Below are positions 51,651-63,060 of a stretch of DNA of 64,000 nt, piece by piece. Position numbers and translations under genes: made by a program. The stretch covers positions 12,896,001-12,960,000 of the forward strand of contig NC_043025.1 of the NCBI RefSeq assembly GCF_006345805.1. The letters are read 5' to 3'. Position 1 is the stretch's first letter, and each line of letters starts with the position of its first letter. The notes under the pieces are model-generated. The model did not search any database. It had not been told where the DNA came from and saw only the letters and a list, made by a program, of their open reading frames with translations. This stretch comes from Octopus sinensis (lineage: Eukaryota).

Positions 51651-52069
51651 CTATGCACAGGGGCCAGAGGAGGCTGGCAAATGGCCACAATCGATTGGTG
51701 CTTATTACATGTCACCAGTATCATATATATATATATATACGATGGGCTTCTTTCAGTTTCCATTTACCAAATCCACTCCTAAGGCTTTGGTCGGCCTGAG
51801 ACTATAGTAGAAGACACTTTCCCAAGGTGCCACACAGTGGGACTGAACCCAGAGCCATACGGTTGGGAAGCAAGCTTCTTACCATGCAGCCACTCCTTCA
51901 CCCTTTAATAAAAAAGTTGCTCATGGCAGCGGTGGGATTACACACACACACATACAAATATATGTGTGTGTCCGTGTGTCCTGCACCACAGAAATGTTTA
52001 TGCCATTCACCCTCTAATGGAGAGGATTAGCCAACAAGGTGCCCTGCCGGAGACACATAAAAAGCACCC

Positions 52070-52322
52070 ATGATGATGATGGTGATGATGATGATGATGG
52101 TGGTGGTGGTAATGATGACGACGACAACGATGATGATGATGATGATGACGGCGGTGGTGGTGGTAATGATGATGATAATGATGGTAACGATGATGATGAT
52201 GACGGTGATGATGATGATGATGTTGACGATGGTGGTGGTGGTGGTGATGATGATGATGGTGGTGGTGATGATGATGATGATGATGGTGGTGATGATGATG
52301 GTGGTGATGGTGATGGTGGTGG

Positions 52323-52356
<34 letters not shown>

Positions 52357-52376
52357 GGTGGTGATGATGATGATTG
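52070..52376. repeat. Compound (GAT)n/(GGT)n trinucleotide expansion following a family D SINE head fragment
   Basis: Direct inspection; begins right after ...CATAAAAAGCACCC. Confidence 0.9.
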
Positions 52377-54389
52377 ACCCCCCACCACCACCGTACTTCG
52401 TTTTCTTTCTTTAAAGCCTCGTATTTATTCTTTTACTAAACTACGTGGAGGCGCAATGGCCCAGTGGTTAGGGCAGCGGTCTCGCGGTCGGAGGATCGCG
52501 GTTTCGATTCCCAGACCGGGCGTTATACCATTTTACCATTTACCATTTTTATTGTTTCACTCATTTGACTGCGGCCATGCTGGAGCACCGCCTTTAGTCG
52601 AGCAACTCGATCCCGGGACTTATTCTTTGTAAGCCTGGTACTTATTCTATCGGTCTCTTTTTGCCGAACCGCTAAGTTACGGGGACGTAAGCACACCAGC
52701 ATCGGTTGTCAAGCAATGCTAGGGGGACAAACACAGACACACAAACATATACACACACACTTATATATATATATATATATACATATAACGACAGGCTTCT
52801 TTCAGTTTCCGTCTACAAATCCACTCACAGGCATTGGTCGGCCCGGGGCTATAGCAGAAGACACTTGCCCAAGATGCCACGCAGTGGGACTGAACCCGGA
52901 ACCATGTGGCTGGTTAGCAAGCTACTTACCACACAGCCACTCCTGCGCCTATGTGTGTTTCTTGAGCGAAAACACCTAAAAACTCCACGACGCTCCAGCA
53001 GGGGGTGGTGGCAACCCCTGTTGTACTCTTTCGTCCCAACTTTCTCTCACTCTTTCTTCCTGTTTCTTGAGTAACGCTGCGATGGACTGGCGTCCCGTTC
53101 AGCTGAGGGGGGGGGGCATATACGCCACAGAAACCGGGAAACTGGGCCCGTGAGCCTGGCTAAGCTTGAAAAGGGCGAAAGAAAAAAAGCAGTGGTGGAA
53201 AACACACACACACACTTGTATGTATATATGACAGGCTTCTTCCTGTTTCCCTCTACGAAATCCATTCACAAAAATTTGGTCGTCCCAAGGCTGTAGCAAA
53301 GAAAACACTCACAGTACCGTGCCGAGGGATCGAACCCAGAAATCACGGGGTCGGGAAGCGAAATTAACACTCGCGCACACACCACATACACACGACATCC
53401 TCTGAATTAATATTATATTTCGTTCCACCTTCATTAACCATTTCGTGGTTTTGCCAGAACATTTCTCTCCCTTTTTCCATTGCCTTCCCCTTGCAATCCG
53501 TTCTTTTTTTTATTGTTAATGTTGGCGGCAGAAGAGGATGATGGTAAAACAAGGACTGGATACCACGAAATAAGAAAAATGCACACACACACACACTGTC
53601 TCTCTATTACATATATTTATTTATAGAGGGCATTATTACACATAAATGCCTCACGCTAGGAGGGACTTTCAAAGTCAAAACTACTAAAACAAGCATATCG
53701 TACCGAAGCACGCTAACTACTTGTAAAATTCTTATAAAGATTTTATCCTATTTTAAAATTATAATATATATATATATATATATTGGCTGTGTGGTAAGTA
53801 GCTTGCTTACCAACCAGATGGTTCCGGGTTCAGTCCCACTGCGTGGCATCTTGGGCAAGTGTCTTCTGCTATAGCCCCGAGCCGACCAATGCCTTGTGAG
53901 TGGATTTGGTAGATGGAAACTGAAAGAAGCCTGTCATATATATATATATATATATATATATGCGTGTGTGTGCTTGTGTGTCTGTGTTTGTCCCCCTAGC
54001 ATTGCTTGACAACCGATGCTGGTGTGTTTACGTCCCCGTTACTTAGCGGTTCGGCGAAAGAGACCGATAGAATAAGTACTGGGCTTACAAAGAATAAGTC
54101 CCGAGGTCGAGTTGCTCGACTAAAGGCGGTGCTCCAGCATGGCCGCAGTCAAATGACTGAAACAAGTAAAAGAGAGTAAAAGAGTAAGAGTATATATATA
54201 TATATGAAACGAAACCAGCGTTATATTTAAATTTAAAAAATTTTTCATTCTGTTGATTAGTGGATTAGATTGACCCTGAAAGGGTGAAAGGCAAAGTCAA
54301 CCAGGGCAGGATTTGAACTCAGAATGTAAAGATGGATGAAGTGGTGCCAGGCATTTTGTTGGGTGTGCTAACAACTTTGCCATAGTGAT

Positions 54390-55160
54390 AAGAGAGAAAG
54401 ATGGTGGAGGATAGAGAGGGAAAGAGAGACAGGGAGAGAGTGAATCAAAGAAAGGAAAAGAGATAGAGCTATGAAGGGAGAGAGAGAGAGAGAGAGTCAG
54501 TAGAAACGAGAGATGGAGAGAGTAAGAGAGAGAGAGAAGAGCAGTGGAGGAGAGAGTGACGTAGAAAAGGGAGAATGTGTTACAGGCAGTAGGGAGAAAG
54601 GGGAGAGAGAGACAATGTGAGAGGGAAAGAGAAAAAGAACGTTAGAGAAAGAGAGGGAGACAGAGTAAGCGATAACTTAGAGAGGGAGTGGGGGAGACAG
54701 AGTAAGCGATAACCTAGAGAGGGAGTGAGGGAGACAGAGTAGCGATAACCTAGAGAGAGAGTGAGGGAGACAGAGTAAGCGATAACCTAGAGAGGGAGTA
54801 AGGAGAGAGAGAGAGAGAGAGTCAGTAGAAACGAGAGATGGAGAGAGAGTAAGCGAGAGAGGAGAGAAGAGCAGTGGAGGAGAGAGTGACGTAGAAAAGG
54901 GAGAATGTGTTACAGGCAGTAGGGAGAAAGGGGAGAGAGAGACAATGTGAGAGGGAAAGAGAAAAAGAACGTTAGAGAAAGAGAGGGAGACAGAGTAAGC
55001 GATAACTTAGAGAGGGAGTGGGGGAGACAGAGTAAGCGATAACCTAGAGAGGGAGTGAGGGAGACAGAGTAAGCGATAACCTAGAGAGAGAGTGAGGGAG
55101 ACAGAGTAAGCGATAACCTAGAGAGGGAGTAAGGGAGAGAGAGAGAGAAAGAGGAGGGGG
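54390..55160. repeat. GA-rich polypurine tract with a 325 bp duplication, each copy containing roughly 37 bp sub-repeats
   Basis: GTCAGTAGAAACGAG at 54496 and 54821; CAGAGTAAGCGATAAC period 37. Confidence 0.9.
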
Positions 55161-55345
55161 AAGGTAAAAGTTATCTCCCCTTGATATGTTGTGTTTGCGT
55201 GTGTATGTGTGTGTGTGTGTATGTGTGTTTCTATATGTGTGTATGTATATGTAAATGTGTACGACACAGAACGTGCGTACAAATATGTATATGTATCATA
55301 CTGCATATGGCTGTGTGTGTAGGTGTGTATAGACGCACACACGTG

Positions 55346-55385
<40 letters not shown>

Positions 55386-56006
55386 ATTACAGACACATAT
55401 ATTGTGGGAGGGGATGCTTCAGTGCTTGTGTACCTAAAAATATATACATGCATATGTATATACACACGTGTATATATTTATAGACACATGCATATATACA
55501 CACACACTGATATAAACGTATAGACAATCACATATATATATATACACACACACACTGATATACACGTATAGACAATCACATATACATACACACACACATA
55601 TATATATATACATACACACACACATATATACACACACACACACTAATATACACGTATAGACAATCATATATATATACACACACACACACACATATATATA
55701 CATACACACACATATATATATATACATACACACACACATATATATATACACACACACTAATTTACACGTATAGACAATCATATATATACACACACATATA
55801 TATACACACACACATATATATATATATATATACACATACTAATTTTACACGTATAGACAATCATATATATACACACACATATATATACATACACACACAC
55901 ACATGTACAAATAACTACTCACAAATATAAATACACATCCAAACATACATACAATACACAAGCACACACACACACACACATACACACACGCATATATATA
56001 ATTACG

Positions 56007-56038
<32 letters not shown>

Positions 56039-56129
56039 AACGCACGCACACACAGACGCACACACAGACAAACACACAGACACAGAGAAATTCTGTTGAA
56101 AATATCAAAAAACAAAAACAAGAGCGAAA

Positions 56130-56173
56130 CCGCCATGTAACGGAAGTCGTCAAAGCGGGCGACGGCGCATGCT
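56130..56173 (+). promoter_or_regulatory. Housekeeping promoter cluster: YY1-like CCGCCATGT, ETS CGGAAGT (56141-56147), NRF1-like GGCGCATGCT
   Basis: Three motifs within 45 bp in a CpG-rich patch about 310-350 nt upstream of the UBE2G1-like ATG. Confidence 0.5.
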
Positions 56174-56478
56174 CCGACCGTCTACCACCATATCCATCCA
56201 CCATTATTATTACCTCTCTGCTTCTTCCTGTTGTCTCAGTGCAGAAAAAAGAGAGGAGCAGAAAAACCACGGGAGTCGTCGGGGTTCGTCATTTGCCATT
56301 CCTCCTTGTGCAGTTTTTTTCCCAAGTCCTCCATCTGTCTCCTGGGTTCCTCATATATCCGCCCTGTCTCAGCTCAAGCCCTCAAAATCTCTCTCCTCTG
56401 GTCCCCTGTCCCCTCTCTTCTAAGCCCTCCTCTCTGTACAGCTCTCTTTCTGTCTCTACACACCTGGTCTTTTGTTCA

Positions 56479-56524
56479 ATGGCCCAAGACCAGTCGACGC
56501 TCTTGCTGAAAAGGCAATTAAATG
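56479..56524 (+). CDS. UBE2G1: First coding exon of a ubiquitin-conjugating enzyme E2 G1 (Ubc7-like) gene (MAQDQSTLLLKRQLN-); later exons are not in the window
   Basis: ATG at 56479, 46 nt, G|GTGAGT donor; matches remembered MTELQSALLLRRQLAE of human UBE2G1; promoter motifs upstream. Short, so identity is not certain. Confidence 0.7.
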
Positions 56525-56937
56525 GTGAGTCTTTATATTTTACTAGATGCCTTTAAAAAAAACCCACACTAAAATCCACATATATACACATATATATACA
56601 TATGTGATACACACATATATATATATATGTCTTTTATATATATATATATGTGTATATATGTATATGGGGGAGAAAGAGATGTGTATGTCTACATACAGTT
56701 GTGTAAATATATCGAGATGTGTATCTAAAATCCACATATATATATATACACATATATATATACACACACACATATATATATGTGATACATATATATATAT
56801 ATGTGTCTTTTATATATATATATGTGTATATATGTATATGGGGGAGAAAGAGAGATGTGTATGTCTACATAGTTGTGTAAATATATAAATCTATTAATTT
56901 ATTTGTAAATATATCGAGATGTGTATCTAAAATCCAC

Positions 56938-56968
<31 letters not shown>

Positions 56969-56969
56969 T

Positions 56970-57017
<48 letters not shown>

Positions 57018-58061
57018 TATGTGATACATATATATATATGTGTCTTTTATATATATATATATATGTGTATATATGTCTATGGGGAGAAAGAAGAGATGTG
57101 TATGTCTACATACAGTCGTGTAAATATATAAATCTATTAATTTATTTGTAAATATATCGAGATGTATATGTAGGTATGTATACACACATTTCTGTGAGTA
57201 TATATATACATATATGGATATATATATTTATATATATATATAGTTGAAATGTATAACTTATTTACATAAATTTCTGTAATTTTATATATATATATATATG
57301 TCGATGTGTGTATATCTACGTATGCATAAAAATATGTGTGTATGGATTTTTATATGTATATACACGCTTTGTGCACACATAAATACGATCATAATGTATG
57401 TATTTACACGTTTTTTATAAGTATGTTTATCTATACACATATGTATAAAAATGTATGTATATATATATATATATATGCGTGTGTGCGTCTCTACATTCAT
57501 ATATACATATCTCGAGATGCGTGCGTATATATATATAAATATATATATATATACATACACTTAACAGTTGTACAAATGTTTAAATACTGAAGCATTTTGC
57601 CAAAGGAGAATAAAACGAAATATATATTCACTTATTTCTATTCTAATTTCTTTTTAGTGTTTCACATCTTTCTAAAAGATCGTCTCAAGTGACGCACTGT
57701 TATATATATATGTGTATATATTATATTATATTTATGTAGAGGTTTGGTTGTACAGATGGGATGGCTAGAGTTTCAGTAATCAATACGTAAGCAGTACAAA
57801 TACTTATAAAGCTGTGACCACTGCTAATAAATAAATGTGAATGTGTGGCTTTGATTCTGAGTCTCTATTGATCTGCTCCTTGTAAAATCCATAAATATTT
57901 ATAGAACATGTTTAACTGTAATTTTTAGTATATATAAACATATATATATATATGTGTATATTGACTGTGTATGTGTTGCTTGTTTGCCGAGGTCTGATTT
58001 GTGGCAGTATCTGTGATATCTCTTGATCTGTCATGCTGTCTTTGTAAAATATACATTATCT

Positions 58062-58830
58062 CAGCAATGCCATCACGCTTCAGGACCAGCTTCTGCAACA
58101 GCCTGGGTTTCAAGGGCCCACAGCTTTTTAATATTCTCCCAGAGAGTCTGTAGAACTTGCACAAAGTAGATGTAGGGTTTTTTAAATCAAAGCTGGACCT
58201 CTTCCTGTTGAGAGTCCCAGATGAACCTACCTTGCGGCAAGAGGTGCACAAAGTAGATGTAGGGTCTTTTTAAATCAAAGCTGGGCCTCTTCCTGTCGAG
58301 AGTCCCAGATGAACCTACCTCACGGCAAGAGGTGCACAAAGTAGATGTAGGGGTTTTTAAATCAAAGCTGGACATCTTCCTGTCGAGAGTCCCAGGTGAA
58401 CCTACCTCGCGGCAAGAGGTGCACAAAGTAGATGTAGGGTTTTTTAAAATCAAAGCTGGACCTCTTCCTGTCGAGAGTCCCAGATGAACCTACCTCACGG
58501 CAAGAGGTGCACAATGTAGATGTAGGGGTTTTTAAATCAAAGCTGGACCTCTTCCTGTCGAGAGTCCCAGATGAACCTACCTCACGGCAAGGGGTGCACA
58601 AAGTAGATGTAGGGTTTTTTAAAATCAAAGCTGGACCTCTTCCTGTCGAGAGTCCCAGATGAGCCTACCTCATGGCAAGAGGTGCAGATTGAGGGTAGCT
58701 ATATCAAACTCCATTCTTCAAGAAGTGCCACATATTAGAGGAGGCTCTTAGTAACAACAGTGTAGCACAAAATGGCGGTGCATCAGCATGGCCACAGCTC
58801 TGAGCTGAAACTAAAAGAAGAAAAAAAAAG
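58062..58830 (+). mobile_element. Second copy of the CR1/Jockey-group LINE 3' fragment, with a 6-copy 87-88 bp array (58159-58683) and an intact A-rich 3' end
   Basis: Near-identical to 19890-20455; units start at 58159, 58246, 58334, 58421, 58509 and 58596. Confidence 0.85.
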
Positions 58831-60137
58831 ATGTGTTTTGTGTGTAGGATTTAGAAATGGTGAGGTGTGTGTGTGTATATATGTATATATGTTACTGTAT
58901 ATTGAATCTGAGATTATGGTATACCCCCTATTTGTTGTGCTTTTTGAGATAAATGTATCGTATATGTGTATGTGTCTATAATACTTTAGCCTTTCAACAC
59001 CTGGCTTAAGGCCACTCACCTCTACCTTTGCTCCCTTTTTGGTAGTAGGAGCTTTCTTCGCGATAACTTTTTCACTGTTCCTTTCAGTCTTGCAAGTTAC
59101 ATGGTCACCCCACTAGTGCTGGTGCTGCATGAAAAAAAGCAACCAGTACACACTGTGAAGTGGTTGGCATTTGGTCAAGAATCCATGCTAAAACAGACAC
59201 TGTAGCACACTGCAGCAACACTGGCTCACCAGATCCTGTTGAGGTGTCTAACCCATGCCAGCATGGAAAATGGACGTTAAATGATAATTATAGAAGGAAG
59301 GAAGGAGAAATATATACCTATTTCTTTACTACCCACAAGGGGCTAAACAGAGAGAGGACAAACAAGGACAGACAAGGGATTAAGTCAATTACATCGACCC
59401 CAGTGCGTAGCTGGTACTTAATTTATCGACCCCGAAAGGATGAAAAGCAAAGTCGACCTCAGCGGAATTTTAACACAGAATGTAAAGACAGACGAAATAC
59501 CTATTTCTTTACTACCCACAAGGGGCTAAGCATAGAGGGGACAAATGGATTAAGTCGATTGCATCGACTCCAGTGCTTAACTGGTACTTAATTTATTGAC
59601 CCCGAAAGAATGAAAGGCAAAGATGACCTCGGCGGAATTTGAACTCAGAACGTAACGGCAGATGAAATACCGCTAAGCATTTCGCCCGGCAGGCTAAAGT
59701 GTCTGCCAGCTTGCCTCCTAAAGGAGAAATATATACCATCATCAGTGTTTTGTGGAAGTGCATGGCTTAGTGGTTAGGCTGTTGGACTCATGATCATAAG
59801 ATTGTAGTTTCAATTCTTGGACCGGGTGATATGTTGTGTTCTTGAGCAAAACACTTCATTTCACATTGCCCCAGGCCACTCAGCTGGCAAAAAGGAGTTA
59901 TCCTGTGACAGATCAGTGTCCTGTCCATGGAGGAATATATCAGAGAAAGCAGAAAACCAGACCTATACTCCTTACAGAGTAACTTTGGCTAAACCATCAG
60001 CAGCGTTTTGGTATCTACTTTTCCGGTCATTTTCTGGACAGATGCCTTTTGTGTCACTAATCCCCACTCATTTCCAAATAAGGTCATATTTCTCCATCAT
60101 TGACAGAGCGGCTAACTGGCTTCTGTGCCAGTGGCAC

Positions 60138-60621
60138 TTAACCCTTTCGTTACCGTATTTATTTTGAGATTTCCCTGTAGTTCTTTCAATTACTTTAAAT
60201 ATAACAAAGAATTTAGTAAAATAACTTGGTTATCATTAAGCTAATGTTAGGAACATAAATTGTGACTAAGGTTTGGTGGAAGATTTTAATTCAAAACTTA
60301 TGGAAACAAGACATTTGTACTACAGAGCCAGAGGTGGTTTCAGCTAGTTTGGTACCAAAAGGGTTAAGAATTGTTTCTCTATTATATATCTTAACCCTTT
60401 TGTTACCATATTTCTGTTGAGATGCTCTGTGTTTCTTTCAATTAATTTTAAATATAGCAAAGAATTTAGTAAAATAACTTAGTCATCATTCAGCTAGTGT
60501 TAGGAACATAAATTGTGACTAAGGTTTGGTGGAAGATTTTATTTTAAAACTTTTGAAAACAAGACATTTGTACTACAAAAGTGAAAGGCGGTTTCAGCCG
60601 GGTTGGTATCGAAAGGGTTAA
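60138..60621 (-). mobile_element. piggyBac-like MITE family 1 dimer, inverted copy of 13707-14173
   Basis: TTAA-B(rc)-TTAA-GAATTGTTTCTCTATTATATATC-TTAA-A(rc)-TTAA. Confidence 0.8.
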
Positions 60622-60624
60622 AAG

Positions 60625-61800
60625 GCACCATTCGAGGGTGATTGTTACCAGCGTCACTTTACTGGCACTCGAGCTCCGTGTTAAGAGCACCATCCAAGCG
60701 TGATCATTGCCAGGCGGCTATTTGGCCTCCGTGCTGGTGGCACTTAAAAGACACCATTCGAGCAGGATCGTTGCCAGCATCGCCTTACTGACACCTGTGT
60801 AAAATGATTCGAGCAAGGTCATTGCCAGTACCGCCCGACTGGCCCCATGCCGGTTGTGCTTTAAAGCACCCACTACACTCTCGGAGTCGTTGGTGTTAGG
60901 AAGGGCATCCAGCTGTAGAAACTCTGCCTGATCAAGATTGAAGCCTGGTGCAGCCATCTGGTTCGCCAGCCCTCACTCAAACCGTCCAACCCATGCTAAC
61001 ATGGAAAGCAGACATTAACGATGATGATGATATATAATATGTGTGGTATGTATATTTATTTATACTACACTCTCGGAGTGGTTGGCGTTAAAAGGGCATC
61101 CAGCTGTAGAAAACTCTGCATCAAGATTGAAGCCTGGTGCAGCCATCTGGTTCGCCAGCCCTCACTCAAACCGTCCAACCCATGCTAACATGGAAAGCAG
61201 ACATTAAACGATGATGATGATATATATATGTGTGTGTATGTAATATATATTTATACTACACTCTCGGAGTGGTTGGCGTTAAGAAGGGCACCAGCTGTAG
61301 AAACTCTGCCTGATCAAGATTGAAGCCTGGTGCAGCCATCTGGTTCGCCAGCCCTCACTCAAACCGTCCAACCCATGCTAACATGGAAGCAGACATTAAA
61401 CGATGATGATGATATATATATGTGTGTGATGTATATATCTATATTTACTACACTCTCGGAGTGGTTGGCGTTAGAAGGCATCCAGCTGTAGAAACTCTGC
61501 CTGATTCAAGATTGAAGCCTGGTGTAGCCATATGGTTCGCCAGCCCTCACTCAAACCGTCCCACCCATGCTAACATGGAAAGCAGACATTAAACGATGAT
61601 GATGATATATAATGTGTGTGTATGTATATATATATTTATACTACACTCTCGGAGTGGTTGGCGTTAAGAAGGGCATCCAGCTGTAGAAACTCTGCCTGAT
61701 CAAGATTGAAGCCTGGTGCAGCCATCTGGTTCGCCAGCCCTCAGTCAATCGTCCAACCCATGCCAGCATGGAAAGCGGACGTTAAACGATGATGATGATG
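60625..61800 (+). mobile_element. Family D SINE with five tandem roughly 192 bp copies of its 3' half
   Basis: CTACACTCTCGG at 60873, 61065, 61256, 61448 and 61641. Confidence 0.85.
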
Positions 61801-62533
61801 ATAGCTAGACATCTTTTTCACAGAAGACTGGAAAAAGGAGAATATCGGAAGAGATGGGAAACTACTATGAAGAGGAAGATCAAACTCTTGTGTGAAGCTG
61901 GTATTTGCCACCTCAGTCTGCCGTTACGTTCCGAGTTCAAATCCCGCCGAGGTCGACTTTGCCTTTCATCCTTTCGGGGTCGATAAATTTTAGTACCAGT
62001 TACGCACTGGGGTTGATGTAATCGACTTAATACCTATGTCTGTCTTTGTTTGTCTCCTCTGTGTTTAGCCCCTTGTGGGTAGTAAAGAAATAGGTATTTT
62101 TGCCATCTTTGTGTAATGCCTGCAAGACCTGGATTCTCATCACTGAGGTTAATGGTTCCAACATTGGTAAAGGGATGCTGCTGTGTTGTACTGGGACCCC
62201 TTTACGAATGAGTGAGTCTGAGGAAGGTTCCTCAATCAAAGTGGCTATCATGAGGGAGAACTTCAGATGATGATGAAGGAAAGGAACCGGAAGGGGATAT
62301 GGTGTAACCATATAACAAAATCCTGGGGCTGTGTAAGGACCGTTCTTCATCCTCGTCCTCCTCCTTTAGCATCTGTTTTCCATGCTGGCATGGGTTGGAC
62401 GGGTTGACTGGAATTAGTATGCTGGAGAACTGCACCAGGTTCCAGTCTGATTTGGTAGGGTTTTCTACAGCTGGATGCCCTTCCTAATGCCAACCATTCC
62501 AAGAGTGTAACGGGTGGCAGTCACGAAACACTA

Positions 62534-63060
62534 GCATTGGCCATGGCTACGATCTCACTTGGCTTGACAGGTCTTCTCAAGCACGGTGTATCGCCAAAGG
62601 TTTCGGTCACTTGTCACTGTTTCTGTGAGGCCCAACATTCCTGCGGTGCTCTTTACGTGTCACCAGTATGGGTGCCAGTTACGCTACACTGGCATTGACC
62701 ATGACTACAGTTTCACTTAGTTTGATGGGTCTTCTCAAGCACGGTGTATCACCAAAGGTCTCGGTCCCTTGTCACTGTTTTAGTGAGGCCCAACATTCGA
62801 ACGGTGCTCTTTACGTGCCACCAGTACGGGTGCCAGTTACGCTACACCGGCATTGACCATGACTACGATCTCACTTGACTTGACAGGTCTTCTCAAGCAC
62901 GGTGTATCACCAAAGGTCTCGGTCACTTGTCACTGTTTCAGTGAGGCCCAACATTCACATGATGCTCTTTATGTGCCACCAGTACAGGTGCCAGTTACGC
63001 TACACTGGCATTGACCATGACTACAGTTTCACTTAGTTTGATGGGTCTTAAGCACAGCCT
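62534..63060. repeat. 158 bp tandem array, about 3.3 copies, with alternating A/B variants (316 bp higher-order unit)
   Basis: GCATTG(G/A)CC at 62534, 62692, 62850 and 63008; units 1 and 3 carry GATCTCACTT, units 2 and 4 carry CAGTTTCACTT. Confidence 0.85.

Noticed and set aside
52014-52414. Asp/Gly-rich, Met/Val-rich and Ser/Pro-rich ORFs
   Set aside because: (GAT)n/(GGT)n expansion next to a SINE fragment; no splice signals or unique coding sequence.
52448-52523. tRNA-like sequences (also about 8482, 8761, 42590 and 47367)
   Set aside because: A/B boxes are present but there is no complete cloverleaf, and they continue into or match SINE family B bodies; they are SINE heads, not tRNA genes.
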